This document shows positions 16,301 to 31,300 of a stretch of 64,000 nt of DNA, piece by piece. The stretch's first letter is position 1. The number at the start of each line of letters is the position of its first letter. The stretch is from Phoronis australis. Its lineage: Eukaryota > Animalia > Phoronida. The stretch spans positions 165,633 through 229,632 of the forward strand of contig NMRA01000566.1 of NCBI GenBank assembly GCA_002633005.1. The letters are read 5' to 3'. A program made the position numbers and the translations under genes. The notes under the pieces were generated by a model. It saw only the letters and a program-made list of their open reading frames with translations. It ran no database searches and was not told the DNA's origin.

Positions 16301-19300
16301 GTTTCAACATACACCTACCTGGCAATTTCAAAGACTTTCGGAGGAGTGTTGAGGGTGATTGAGCAGTCAACCCCGGCAAAGTCTTTATTACAGGTACACT
16401 TCCCTTTGCTACAGGTTCCCTTCAAACTGCAATCATTGGGACACAAATCTTCTGTTATGAAGGGTGGCGGTACCTCAGTGCCTGGAGAGAAACAATCGAC
16501 ACTATAACAAACTAAGTTGGGTCTTTCATCAAGACGTGGCTAAGAAGAACAGCTCACATGCAGGTACACTATCATGTTGCAATGATTAATCGATTTTAAT
16601 TTTTATAAATTCATAAAGTTTCACGTCAAAACGTCTTATGGAGAAGATAACAGGTAATGACCAACCCATTTTGGTACTGAAGCCTTAGAACTAATTGATG
16701 TCATGTGCCCAACATTGACCGCTTTACAGATAAAGGAAATTTTTATAGGAGCAATGAATCGCGACATGTTGAATTGTTAGAGCACATACAATGCATGCAG
16801 TGTACCGATAAAGCTGCATATTGTGCATCCGTTTCCATAATAAAATGCCAGTTTTTTACATTTTACTACACTCACTTGTAGTTCATTTTTCAACAAATAT
16901 AATTATTCCATATTTCATTATGGTTGCCTCGTGCTTGAATATAACTGGTGGTAAGTACATTAAATAGTCAGATTACAGCTGATACATAAAGTCAGCACCA
17001 TTATCTCCCTTGACATAGTTGGCGGGATCTTTAAGGATCATCTCCTGACATGCATCCTCTAGTTTGCTCAGGCTTGCTCTTGCAAAGTCTGTGTCGTCAG
17101 AAATCTAGAAGAAAAAGCTACATTTGACTCAAAAGGATGACTAAGCAGGTTTGTGTGAACAGGTGGGTGTGTCACAATGTGAAGGGAGGTCTATCTCATC
17201 AATGATGGCGCTGTCATGCGTCTCAGACAGCAGCATTAATTCAAAAAGACGAACGACCCCGTGGAGAAGAAAACCGGATATGATGGTAAAATTGAATGAT
17301 CGTGATTGGGCGGTAGGAAAAAAGGCAATTACGTGGCAGATGTTATACTCGCCCTGATAGCCAGGCGCATGATGAACTAATGTAAATCGGCGATATTCCA
17401 AAAAGGTACAATAGATACCAAAACTAATTTGACGAAATGTCGTTACCTCATCACGTCATTTCAGTAATTCTGATGGTGAATACGCTTAAACATCCTGTCG
17501 TTTCACACTGTTTCTACCCGATTATTTTGGTGTGCGCTTTTTAGTAAACCCCAAGAAATCGCCTTTTGCATTATTTCCAGGTTATCATTCCTTGCATGCA
17601 CTCTCTACTAAGATAGATCTCAGAGGAGAAGGAGCCACCTTTGTGCAATACTCAATTGCCTGCCAATAAAGTCAGGAGTCCGAAGGTCAAACCACATTGT
17701 CTCCTCTTGCTTCAGTCAAACGTAATTCTATGATACGAAAACGAAATAGTTTACGGAAGTTCAGTACAGACATAATGTAGCATAACAAGGCGGCTACTTC
17801 ACAAGCAGTTAGCAACAGGTAAGTGGATCATGAAAAAGACCTTGCGACCTATTGAACTTTAAATCATTGGTGGAGAAAAGTTGCAAAAGAGAATTAATAT
17901 TTTTCAAGATTTATCCACGCGCAATATAACATACCTTGAGATCTTCTACACAGTCACTAATGATGGAGTCAATATTGATCTTTGATTTGTCACACCTCTT
18001 GATCAGACTTGACTTGAAAAGTGTGTTCTTGCAGAAGGCTCTCGCTTGTATTTCAGTTCTACCACTTGGCGTGGGGAAATTTGGAACGACAACGACATCG
18101 TCTGAAAAGAAGTGTTACATTTTAAAACATTATATCGGGTTTTATTTGGCCAGCACGCCACTTTGACCACGTAAATCATGTTAGTGTGACCTAGTGATTA
18201 CCAGTCCGAAAAGATTTCTGCTCAAACAGCAGACCAGACGTGAAATGTGCGAAATACAATTCCACACCGGTTTAAGAATTACATATTTGTATTTAAATCA
18301 GTATCTTAGGCATTTAAATATCAAGTTGTGATAAGAATTGCGATATTAAACCTGGAATCTGATGATCTGAGCATCTTCACAAGAATAAAGTTTTCTTACG
18401 AGCAATGCAACAAGAGGCGGTCATCATAAACGACCTTTCTTCCACAAGTAACTCACCTTTGCTTCCATAGTTAAAGACATACTGGTCATCCTCGTCCGTA
18501 TCAAGGTCGTGGTAAGTTGTGTCTCGACGCAAACGAGTCTTCTTGTTAACCTTGTCTGTAACATCTTTCCATTTGTTGACGGACTAAAGCAAGAGTATCG
18601 CCATTACATACATGTACACACATACAAATACATAATTATACACATGCATGCAAATACACGCCCACACGCTTGCAAGCATGCACGCACGGACATACAGAAA
18701 TATACTGGGACCATTTTGTCGCCAATTTATCTCTCCACATTTTTTACAATAGTACTTTATCAAACAACCGCAACACTTTTGATCAGCCATTTAATCAATA
18801 AAGCAACGTAGAACACAAGCATAGAAGTTTTTTGCTGAATATTTCATTTCTCACCCTTTTCACTGGGTCATCGACCTTGTTTTGCACACGGCAGTCCACT
18901 TTGCCAGTTTGCGTTTGACACTTGCAGAACGGAGGGTTGTATTCAAATCGTTTTTCGTGCTGAGGAACAGAGTCGAACAGGCTGGTTCCATACGGAATTC
19001 TGTACAAGAAAATAATCAAATGTAACTTTATTACGTGCAGCATTTAGTCATCGATCTTTTTGCGGTAAGTGCGAGAACTCGCTTGCTGGTGTGTAACGAC
19101 CGCTAACAAGTGTTGAAACCATGCGCACCACTCGATGTCGCGTGGATGTTATGTAGATCTACAGTTCTGACTTATCAAAAGACCTTTCTATTAAATAAGT
19201 TTCAATAGAGCAAATCAAAAAATAAGAAGCCACAATATAGATGAGTGTTAATTATATGTTGTAATAATTTGTGGTCCTCGAACTAATTACTTTGGCGAGA

Positions 19301-22300
19301 CTGACATATTTCAGGCACTGATAGGAGTGTCACATAAGAATATTGTCACGTTACGTACCTCAATAATGACTCAACGACATCAGTTACATTCTTTAACCAT
19401 TACGGATGCATTTGTGTATAATGAGACAATTCGATGTTGGTCAGTACTATTTGACATATTGTAAAAGAAAAATAGACAACATTTGCTAAACTTGTGCAGT
19501 TTTATAAAAAGAGTTGCATCGTAAAAATTAACTTTTACTTGGTCCAATCTTAAGTTCAATAGAGTTTTTTGCTTCGATGTAAAGGACACTATGGAGATCT
19601 GTTGTTTAAACACGCCAAATGTTACCTCCAAGATTCGAAGAACTGTTTTGGGAAGACATCCCTTTGGTTGGTGTATACTTTCCCGCCTTTCATCGTGTAG
19701 TCATTGGCGGCATTGTTATCGAACGTGCCGCAGATACCTTCGGTCACAGTGAAGTCGTCAGAGGTTGCTTGGGTGTAGACGTTTAAGCCGTAATACTCTG
19801 CGCCTGCTTTAACCCACCCTCCAGATGGGAAGAAGAACTAGACAAAAATATCGTGCACCTCCTTGATAAAGGAACAAAGTCAATTATCCAGAAAGACTTT
19901 CCTGTGGCTTTAACTCACGTTCATGTGTTAAAAATTTTAACTTTCTTAACAGACGTGCATTAGATCTGACAAAGCAACGCCAACGCGTTCTTCCTTGAAA
20001 TTTGGTTAAAACCTATCAACTGATAGCCGGCACGACAATCAATTAAATGGGGTTGGACTGAAGCAATAACAATTCGATATACTGAAAAACCGTTTACAAT
20101 CTGAGTACAGATCAAGACCTATAATAAGAGTATTGGATTGTAAATTTTTCTAACTTTGCAAATGTTGTCATATTGTCTTTATCATGTGATTTTTATTTTG
20201 ACCGTAGGTATAGGAGAAAAGTTATGAATCGTAACCAGATCTTCTTTCATTACTTTATGCCCAATTTAATGCCATTCCGTGAATTCTACGAGAAAATTTT
20301 AGGTTTTTGCACAAAAATGATTTCAATACTTAGAGTATTGTGTTTAATTTCTGAATAGTTGCTAAGTCCGTACCTGGAACCATTTTCCTGAAGGGTCCCG
20401 TTTAATGCTTGTTCCATCAAGGAGTTGGTTTTTCGACTTGACTTTCAGTTTTGGCGTCGTCTTGCCCCATCGTCCGTTGCACATGTCTAATGTAATGACG
20501 TCATTTCCTTCGCGAATGGCAATTGCACAAATGCAAGAGACTTTCCAGCAGGTCCATGTTCGAATTTGCAACTAAAAGAAAAGTGATAATCTACTTTAGT
20601 TGACAGCAAGTTTACATGATGGTTATCTACCCATGATGTATAAAAATATGTACATGTACCTCGCTATTTTATGTTTAGATAAAATAAGAACTCAATTTGA
20701 TTCAGACAAAATTCTACCTCAAATGGCCTCTTTTTACTTTTGTGCATCACATACTCTCCGACATTGTAAAGATGGTACGCTCTGGAAAAAGAAACAAACA
20801 CCATCGATTGCATGAACACGCTTGGTACATATGTCCTTTGCGACACAAGTATTTCCGGGGTAGTGTTTTGTTGATGATTACATGTACATTGTGTGTAAGT
20901 GTTATATCTGTCGTGTGAGAAGTTCAAATAATACTTTTTGATTCAAGCAGTTTATGACAGTGTAACTACACAGAAAATGCTATATGTTATTGCATATAAC
21001 AATGTTGAAATTCAGTTGGTTGTCTTCAAATCGTACCAGGAGATTTTTTTAAATTTAAAACGCATTAGCGAAACCTGTTCCTATTAACAATAGTCCGATG
21101 TAACAAATATCCCGTTAACTAACAAAAACATTTGTAATTGAAGAATGCGTTCTAATCTTGTTATCCCTTTTCACTTCTTGTTACGATGTGGGTGATATCG
21201 GCAAGCTTCAGTGCAACTAGGCAGTGATCATCGTCTCTAGTTGAACTACAGACGGTGTACATGTAGCTCCTGTAGGAGCTCCATACAACGGAAGCTTTTC
21301 GGCGAATTGTGCCTCATACTCACTAAAACATCAATGCCACGCTATTATCAATACCTTTTGCGCATAGAGGGACATGTCTGTAGCTCAGCTAAAGACGGTG
21401 GTCACTGTCTGCAGGGCAACGTGCTATGATTTAGACCATCTACTGACCACTGTGGAAATGGTACATGTATCTAATTAAATGTTATTGAGGCGTTGTCAGG
21501 GCTTCGAAAGAGTTGTCAGTTCGCTGTTGCTTAAGATCAGGTCATTTGAAGTTGGCTTGTCACGGCACCTCATTTCATGCATCGAGCATGGTCTACAGAA
21601 ATAAAGAGCTATCAGCTCTTTGCAGACACAGAAACTATTTCTCACCTGAGTAAAGAACAAGGTGATAGCAACATCATAGCTGAGTTAAAAGGTCTTAATC
21701 AAAAGTGGAACTCTGGCTTATAACTGCTTTAAGTGCCGAGGTGAAAGCTAGCAAGAAAATACGTTGGTTTCAGAAACACGTATGGTCTTATGTTCAAGGT
21801 AGTCCAAGGTGTTTACAATACGCTCTATTACTTACGCTTTGCGATCAAACCCGACAAAATGAGGGTCTCCAGTACCCTGGCAACGTTGAGTTCCTTCGTC
21901 TTTAGTAATTAACTGAAACGATGTTTAAATGCCTCTGGTAAAATGTTCGACTTCACAAAATATAAAGTCAATCTCATATACAAGTAGGGTAGTAAATTCT
22001 AATCTTTGACCAAGTATTGCAAACGAGTTAAATTTTGGACTTCGTGTTGACAGTTTGGGAAATATTCTCCAAAATCATTACGTATACTTGCATGAACATT
22101 AACTCGTACACCTTATCAAATTTGACCGGGATGAAGCTATGAGCTTAGAAATCTACAAGTGATGTGAGGAATGTGTACAGGTAACATCTCATGTGGTTAA
22201 TGTTAATGGCTCACCTTTACAGAGCTTGGCTTGTACTCATCCCAAATGGCGGGACTGAAGCTGAAGAGTGGCTTAAAATTGACTTCCATACTCTTATCAC

Positions 22301-25300
22301 CGTCATTTCTGAAATCTCTCGTGGCCAAAACGCTGAATTTAGTCTTTGCTTTCTTGGTCTTAGCGTCCCAATCTTCAGTCCTTATAGTTCTGATACACGA
22401 CTCCGATGCCACCAGGTCAGCTGCAACCATGGAAACAAAGTCCTAAAATTACTGTTCAGTTTTGGTGCATAACCAAGAACAGAAACCAATCTTAGGACGG
22501 CGAAAGATACCCCGGCAAGGTGATATCGTGTCCCTGACGAAAGCCTGCCAGTGTAGCTTCTCATTACACATATTTTGCACATAAATTAAACAGCGTTAGG
22601 TAAAAGCTAAGATCTGAAATTTACACCTACCGATAGTCTTTGCTTTAATGTCCATCTCAATGTCAATCTGGCAGAAGAAAGCCATCCGATGCTCGCACAC
22701 GATGGGAATGGTGGAAGTGATTGTAACCTCTTTCGTCTCCTCTTTCTCCCCAACTTCCAGAACAAGAGGATCGACCTTAGCACAAAACAACGAAACTTTG
22801 AACAAAGACAACTTCAATGGGTAACTTTTGCAGGTGGTTGTCGATATGTTGAATGAAGCTGATAATACTTTTATCAGAACTGAAAAGGGGGGGATGTGAT
22901 TGCACAACTCTCATAAATTTAAATTCACATACATGTAAATGGGTTCTTCTCATAAAACTATGCACTGCATCCCACTGCTTCAAAGCAGACGTGTGCATAC
23001 AACTTTCTAAGTCGTCAGGTCGCAGTATGGGTAACTGCAGCACAAATTGCGTTGTATGAGGCCTCGTTTCGAAAGCAGAAAGTGGAGAAGTAACAGAAAA
23101 CGTAGACTTTTGCAAATAGTAAATAGTAGATCAAGCGCGGCACTTACGAGTCTTGTTGACCTCTGGCTGACGAGGATCTCTTTTATGACGTCAGAAATGT
23201 TGCATATTGCGTGCCCCACTAATACGTAAACGTATCATTATTGACTTGTCACAGTTTGCGTCCTGAAGATTTGGTGCAAACATTTGTACGCGGAAAATGT
23301 GCAAAGGTGGTAACAAATTGGTGTCTGGAGCAAACCCGAGATACGGCAGTTGCCATACTTGTAGTGTACAGACAACACATAACCACTCATCTCATTGCAT
23401 GCAATTACACCTAAGACAATAACTGTACAAAGAATATGTTAATTAGTATAAAAATAATTTAATTCTCAAAACAATTGACAAGGTTCGTACACCTGTATGA
23501 GCTAACATACCTGAATACCGACCCAGTATCCATTACTCTCCTTCCACGGGCTAAATCTTCCGCTTTTCTCGTAAGTTGAACGCACCCGGCAACTCACCTA
23601 CAAATTGATCAGAGTATAGTTGTTTGAAACTGAAACATTTCGCGCAAGCCTGCATTACTTGAACGATGTATCAGCCCTTTTACACGCTACGGGGAATGTT
23701 CGTCGTGAGTAATAGCAATAAATATGTAATAGAATTGAAGCAAATTGAATAATTTGATATATAAAGACTCAGACTCCTCCTTCGTTCGAATAATATCTGT
23801 AAGCCAGGGTCGGCTGAGTTTTGTCTTCTGAGACTCCTGGCCAGAGGATTTTAATTTAATTTTAATTTGTTTATTGTCTGTTATCCATTGAATCGTATTA
23901 CAAATAAATAAATAAATTAATAAAACATTCTTTAATCATCCGAACAGGTGATCAATAAAAAAGAGAACGAAGAAATAGAAAGGATAATATTAACTGGCCG
24001 GTATGAAGTCACTGGACATGTTATCCATGACAGTTTCTTTATGACCTTGTGAAGAGTTTGTCCAGTAATGATTTAAAGTGTGAGCGCCTTACTTCGTAAT
24101 AAAAACACTAAATAATTATACTTGGTCTTTGCATAATCTAATAGCACTAAATTGTACCCAGGCAATAACAGCACATTGAAACACGCGAAACTACAAATGG
24201 GAGAATGGATCTCACTCGAATTGAAATTCATATTTTCAAAAAGGATCAACGTAATATTTCAGGGAAGACTAATTGATGGACCGTGTATGTAGCTGAAAAT
24301 GCGTTTAATTCAATAACTGTCAGTAATTACATGTAGATGTAGTGATTGGAGATAAAATTGCGCTTTGTGCCAGGGGGTTAAGTGTTTTACTCATGACGAA
24401 TTCGTGTTACTCTTGCATGACGAATGGGCAGTTCAGGACGCCACACCATGGTGTAGATGGCACGACATCTGTTTACAGATGCCGTGTACTTTTTACTACA
24501 ATATCAAAATTCAGGTTCATTTGGATTACACGTTTTAAGTGACTATAAATCCACCCTCATCACAAAGACATATTTTGAGTTAGATTATTTACGGTTTTGA
24601 AATTCGTCTACGAAGTGGGGGTAGTGTCAGGACTTTAAAGAAGTGACAAGAGTTGTTTTGTATCAAGCTCTACAACGTATCTTGTCACGGCATGTCATTT
24701 TAAGCACCGATGATGCTCTCAAGGAGATGTGTGGTCTTTACAAGCGCAGAAATACATGTAACCACAACTCGTCTAATGAAAGAACAAGCACGTTTGTAAC
24801 GATAAATGTCAAAATTTTGCCTCTTAGACTCGGGAACAAGGGTTTATAGCTGCTCAAAGGTAGAAGACACTTCGTAACTGCTCACCGATTTCCCCATGTT
24901 TCTCTTGAGGAATTTCTGAGCTAGAGGCACTACTTTTACATCACCCTTGACTCGTCGAGTTGGAACATTCTGATTTTGCTCGTGATCGAATAGCCACGTG
25001 ACTTCGTAGATGCTATCTTTATCGCTGGAATCCACGTTCAGATGGCAGTTGAAGTTGAACGTGATTGGTTTTCCATCTTGATATTCAATGTCCGGACCAG
25101 ACATAGTTGGCGGGCCTTTCATTCTCGGGAATGCAGCTAAAACTCACAAGAGTAAAGGTTCGAGCCACCACCAATATGAGATTCCATAAGTATTCTTTTT
25201 CAAACTGCGATTAACCCTCCATGGGGGGTTTTTGAGAATTGTTTTGCATGTCTGGTACAAGTGAAAATATGGGATTTCAATATTCTTCAGTTTTGGCCTT

Positions 25301-28300
25301 TGACCTTTAATACATTGTATAGATGACCATTTGTCAACGTGAACATCCTCAGACTTCTATTATACCTTAAAAGTTTCCTCAGACTTCTATTATACCTTAA
25401 AAGTTTCCGACAAAGTGAAGCTTTCCTCTTGTAACTTATCTTAAAAGCCTACAGCTTTTAGAAGGAGATGTGGACGCCAGTTCAAAATTCCGAAAGAGCC
25501 TCACCACTTGTTTTCGAAATTACGCCCAGCGAACTCCTTCGGAAATCCCTGGTAAATGTTTATGCCAACGCGTGTTCAAACTGCTTCGAGTTCAACTTCA
25601 CCCTTTATTTTCTTAATAACATGTTGGGTGACATGTTTCTTCACTTGAAGATGCTGTATTTTCTGCAATTTTACGAAGTGGCTCCACAGTCGAAAGCATA
25701 TAATAATGTTAAATATAGTTCTCATCAACCACAAGAACAAGTTTCAGTGAAAACTCCTTCCAAATGTGCTGTACACAAGCATGTGTGGGAAGAACGCCAC
25801 ATAGAGCCATTTGATCAAATAATTAGCTCTTAGCTGCAAGGGGGGGGGGCGAGGTTACATGTACTACTTTTTGGTACAGTATAGCAAGTGACGCATCAAG
25901 ACACAAGAATCACGCAAAACGCCACGCATTACAAGCAAAGCCCCTTTCTTTCTCTCGCTTTACTTACGGGATCGTTTCATCGGACGCGAATATACAAGAT
26001 CACACGAGATATCTCCGCGTATTACACGTGAAGCACGTGAGCAAAATTTTCTCAAGAGTTCCCTGTGTTCACGGAGCGCAATCCAGTTTTGTATGAAGTC
26101 GGCCAAACAGAATATTATATCAGAAGTGTCTTCATACAATTGATGCCTTTCGTATAATTTAATCACGACACCTGCATTGCTAACGCACTGACTAACAAAC
26201 GGATTTTCGATGAAGCAAAATCTTGGCGGAGGCCACAAAAACGGAATGTCGGTAGCGTTTTTTCAGTCATGCTCATTGGGGCGGGCCCCTACATTTCCTA
26301 GTACAACTGCATCTACTACAAAATATTTGCTATAAGCAGGAGGTTTCATATTTTCAAGTGTGTTCCTCAAGTAGAGACTGGCGTTTATCAGAAACCTGCG
26401 TTTATTAAACTCTAGGCCAAACTTTGAAAAAGCCGAGAAATATATTTTCTGATGTCGTGTCACGTTATAACAGTATCTCATGTTGTTAATAATATAAGCA
26501 TATTAGCTTCACTTTTCGGTGCTTTGCACCTTCCCTATATGGCATCCAAAACATAATGGCCATATCTGACTACTATTGGTGAGCCGAATTATATTAAGGA
26601 GCTGGTGTTTATTAATTTCAGGGCACACAATTCCCCAGCTCAAACATGTACGAGAAGCTTTTGATGAACACAGTTACGGAGTTTCAGTAACGATGCTACA
26701 TGTATGTTTCTATGAATTAAGTATCTGCACCAATATACCTTTGCAAGGAGAAAATCCAGTTGCAGAAAATTGATCCAGTGGACAAGGCGTTTCAGTTCCT
26801 GCAATAAGACAAGATTTAATCAGGTATTTATCATGGCCATGACAAGACACAGTTGTATTATTTAAGTCAACGATATACATGTTAGGGGCACCAATTGTGC
26901 ACAAATATTGAACATTGGTAACACAGTTTTGAGTGCTTTGTATATTTTTGAAATATACTTAGCATTACGGTTGTGCACAGTAGTGCCATAAAAGCGTTTG
27001 GAAAGTCATATATCAAAAATAGCTTGGTGTATTCACCGTAAATTTTAGGTACGGTGATTTTTTAACTGTTCTCCAAGACGAGTTACCAAGGACTGGAAAT
27101 TTATGATTTTTATGAAAAACGGAAAAGAAGCATGAAAATCACACGAAATGTTAAAGTAGAAAACTAAAACCATAAGACCGTTTTCGAGATTTAATCTTGA
27201 ACATTTCTATCAAACGAAATTTGGTCAGGTTATTAATGTCGCTTTGTTTGCAAAATTTTACTAAAAAATGATCACGTGACTTACTGAACGAAAAATTGGC
27301 AAAAGTCAAACATCACGTTCTTCAAGTTTTCTGTTTCAGAAATTATGTACTTTTCCTGAGTTAAATGCAACAATTCTCTTTGGATATCCGGCTGATTGCG
27401 TAGGCTTGTCAAATGAATGCGGCTTCACCGCCTTAAAGAATTTGTCACTAGAAAATAAAGTTTTAGTTAGTTTACTCCAACGTGTGTTTGCAGATGGAAT
27501 AAAAACATTTTGAATTAAGATCACACCTGTGACAAATTATCTTCATTAAGGCATCTTTACATAACGTAAATTCCATAATCTATATGTAATCCAAATTCAT
27601 ACCTGCGCAGTAGGCCACAGAACATCCGGGTGCTCTCTTGAGTCTGTATACGTAGAACTCGTTGTCATTTCCGTCCTTGCAAGTTTTGACACTGATAGGC
27701 CATTGCATAGAGCAGCATGTTTTTGGAAGCAGCGGGTCATACGTCGGCATGTTCACGCATGCGATCCGTGTTACCTCGCCCTCCCCAAACTTTGGGTGTG
27801 CTCCTTTCATCCAAATAGGAGCGTGCGTGCCGCATTTGAATTGTTGGACGCACGAGGTTGGCATGGCGCCACCTACAGAGAATTACATAGAACTATGAGA
27901 TTATTTTCATTTCATCTGACAATTGTTTTTAAAAGACGCAACGCTCTGTTAAGTTTTCAGTTTATCTATCACAAATTTCTAGTTCAAATAATAAATTCAG
28001 CAGAAAACAACTTTTGAAATTAAGACTCATTTTTGTCGGAGCCTCTGCTTGTCTTTGAAATTGACCTACGCGTATTTTAGCTACATGTCGCCCTGTTTAG
28101 CAAAAATCGAATAAGGTTGGAATCCTGTCACAATAAGGAATATTATGACAGCGATTTTAGATAGCATTAAAGGCCTATAAGATTTTCCATTTTGACGAGC
28201 GTTTAGTTGGGTTGTTTTCGTACACCGCAAGACACCGCTAGCTTGCAATCACAGCGAAGAGTTCTCCTATAAATGTAATCTACCCCAAGTCAAAACTTCT

Positions 28301-31300
28301 ATATCACCCAAGACCGGCCAATCGCTCTAATGTCTGCCGTTTTACTTGGAAAGGCTAGTAAGCTCCCGAGCAACTCGCGGACACTCGCGATTAATTCGCG
28401 TGACTCGAGTTTTGTGAGTTCATGCTTTTCTCTATAGAAACTGGCAATTTTCCAGTTACTTATGTTCCCATGCACTTTGACATAGAGAAGTAGTCAGATC
28501 AGTTATCAAGATAGTGGAATACACGAGGCAGCATAAACGACGTCACACATTCCGAGTATATAAACTTTGCAGTGTGCACGGTCTTACCTGCTTTACTTAT
28601 GAAGCGGTACCATCCATCCCGAAGTCGTCGATCGCATAGAAGCGGATCTTCCTTTTGCGGAACATAACCGGTGCTACGGAACGGCTCGTCAATTTCTGCG
28701 TACGATTTGCATGGATCCAACTGAGCCAAGGATCCTTAGGGATAAAACCAAAGTGGAATTAATCGAGATTCCTAGCAAATTCGGAGAATTCATTGATTAG
28801 TTTAGTCATATTTTAATTTTAGATGTTGCTCGTCCCAGTCCCGTGGGCAGGTTAACAATAATTGTATAGGTATGGCACAACTTAATTTGACAACGGTAAA
28901 CATTTGACCCCAACCCCCCTTTTGGTTTCAAATTTCAGATTTTTCCTTATCAACACTTCCTGCTCCCCCTCGGCCAGGAGCGATTTTGCACGTTGCCTGT
29001 CAAGGATACGGACTTTGCTGTTTGGGGCAAATCCCCGGGAGGTAACCATCGGGACCTGGGGTACCCATATTTGACCAACCTTGCAAAAAATCTGACTTTT
29101 TGACCTGAGCACGTAGCGTGCGGTACGCATGTACATGTTTGGCCTTTGGGGTGTCTAACATATGTACTGTTACAACCATCCTTCTGAAGCTCTGACCACT
29201 CAGGCACACTGTGTCTTGATGTGTCATGCTTTGAAGATATGCTTTTAAATTTCTGGTACATAAATATAGGACTGTTTCAACCCCCCAAAAAATTTTCAGA
29301 ACTTATTCGTGTTATCTTCAATTCTGACTCATTCTAGTGGTGACTGGACCTGTTTCCATTTATGAGTCACACTTGCATTTCAAAAATCTCAGAAGACTTT
29401 ATTCACGAATGTCTGCACAAGAACTTAAAGCACCTTTTAAAAACCGTTAGACATAATCCATGTATAATGCGCTCGGCATAACAAACCCATACTCCGAATC
29501 TGACTACATGTGTGAGTCTTTAACCAACAACCCCCTATTCATCAAAATTATTTCCTAAAAGCATGTAACGATCAGATAGACAAAAAAGGAAATGTGTGGT
29601 CATGGAAGCCATCAGCTGGTCACCTCCAAGGGATGGAGATATTTTAAGGATGTTTAAAAATATGAAATGATACATAATTTCAAAAGACGGAAATTAAAAG
29701 CAATTGATGCCTGAATCATAATTCCTCTCCATCATGTTCTTAAAACATATCAAGTGGTACATGTACATACATACAATTTCAATCAATAACGGGACATACA
29801 CTCGTCAGATGACTTCATGATCCCTTGGAGGGTTTTCTGAGGAATTGCAGTTTATTTTTGAATCTAAATAACGTGAATCATTTTGCTCTAGAAAATCTAT
29901 GCATAGTACGTTTCTTGGACTTTTTGAAGAACCTTTTATGCATAACTAAATGGACCCCAAACCCGCATTTGGCCTATTAATAAATACTTAAACCGACTTT
30001 CCCATCCAGTTCTCTGATACAAAATAATGCTCCGCAACCCTGGGCAACCCTAAAAAGTTTGGAGGAAAATTTGGAAACTTCTTTCAAAATCTGCTAAACA
30101 GACAAGCGTTACCCAAGCTTTTAGCGAATTGAACGGCAACTGTGGGAAAAGATCACTCACCGACGACCATATTGTCTGATATAGAGAGTATGGATTTTTT
30201 TGATTCCTGCCTTTAACTTGGAAGATTGACTTGAGTGACGTTTTAGCAGGTGATAGAGTGAGGACTGGTGGAAATCTTCAAAACAGGGCTTATTATCCTT
30301 TTAAGAGCGAAATTGTAATTGTCAGGGATCCCAAAGCGTGAATCCAGCACTCTTAAATATTCTCTCTCTGCTATATTCGCAGTCTTGCTTTCCCTGATGC
30401 ACCCTACTGCCGGCTCCATGCCTATGTCGGTCGTTAAGTTTTCATCCTGACGCCTGGAAAGTGTTGGGAGGAAGCTCGGAAATCTCGGGTTTCTAGGTGA
30501 TTTCTTGGGATTAATTAAAGACTAAAATATGTAGACATTACTTTTGAACGAATTACGTCTATGACGAAATGTTAATGATTTTAACACTAGGTCGTGGATT
30601 AAGTTGTTTTTAACTGTTTGAAGTACATAGCGGATCACTACGGAGAAGGATTTTGCTGAGTTTTTCTCTTCAGCACCTGAAATGCATAAATTATCGGTCT
30701 CAGTTAATCAGTGGCCATATTACTTTTAATTTGTAAATACCAAAGTTATATCAGTTCTAGCCTATACTGTGAGAGGTTAAAATTTATCCATATTAGGTCC
30801 ATTATCTTGCTGTTTACATACACATGTATAACGTAACTATAGTCTGACCCAGTCCTTTGAAATTGGTAGGAGCAAATTTCTAACAGTTTCGATTAGAATG
30901 ACGGAAGATAACAAGCAATACCACTTGGAATACCCCACGCGACAAAGTTATGTAATTTTATATTTATCGATAAACAGTGCTAATTTCAGGCACACTTCGA
31001 TAATATCGTAGGTAGCATTTCAAATAGCGGCATCTTTTGCCTGCAGGGAAATACAAATTTAGTAGCGTTAAAGGAGCATGCCACCTAAAAAACAACCTAA
31101 ATTGTATCAATTTAGATCGAGTAGTTCTACTCCATAACGACACTTACGGTTGCGTTACCTGACACCTGACGACAGACGGAGATTTTGAAATTATCCAATG
31201 ACGTAATTGATTTCACACGCAGTCTGTTCAGCAGTTCACAAGACGGATTACTGGTGTCAGCTTATCGCTTGAATCCATCGTTTAAGATTAATAAATCATC

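Noticed and set aside
30161-30520. Exon-like segment with a gtgagt donor in VWDE intron 1
   Set aside because: The open frame stops before the donor, and exons 1 and 2 already join to give a clean signal peptide; probably transposon debris
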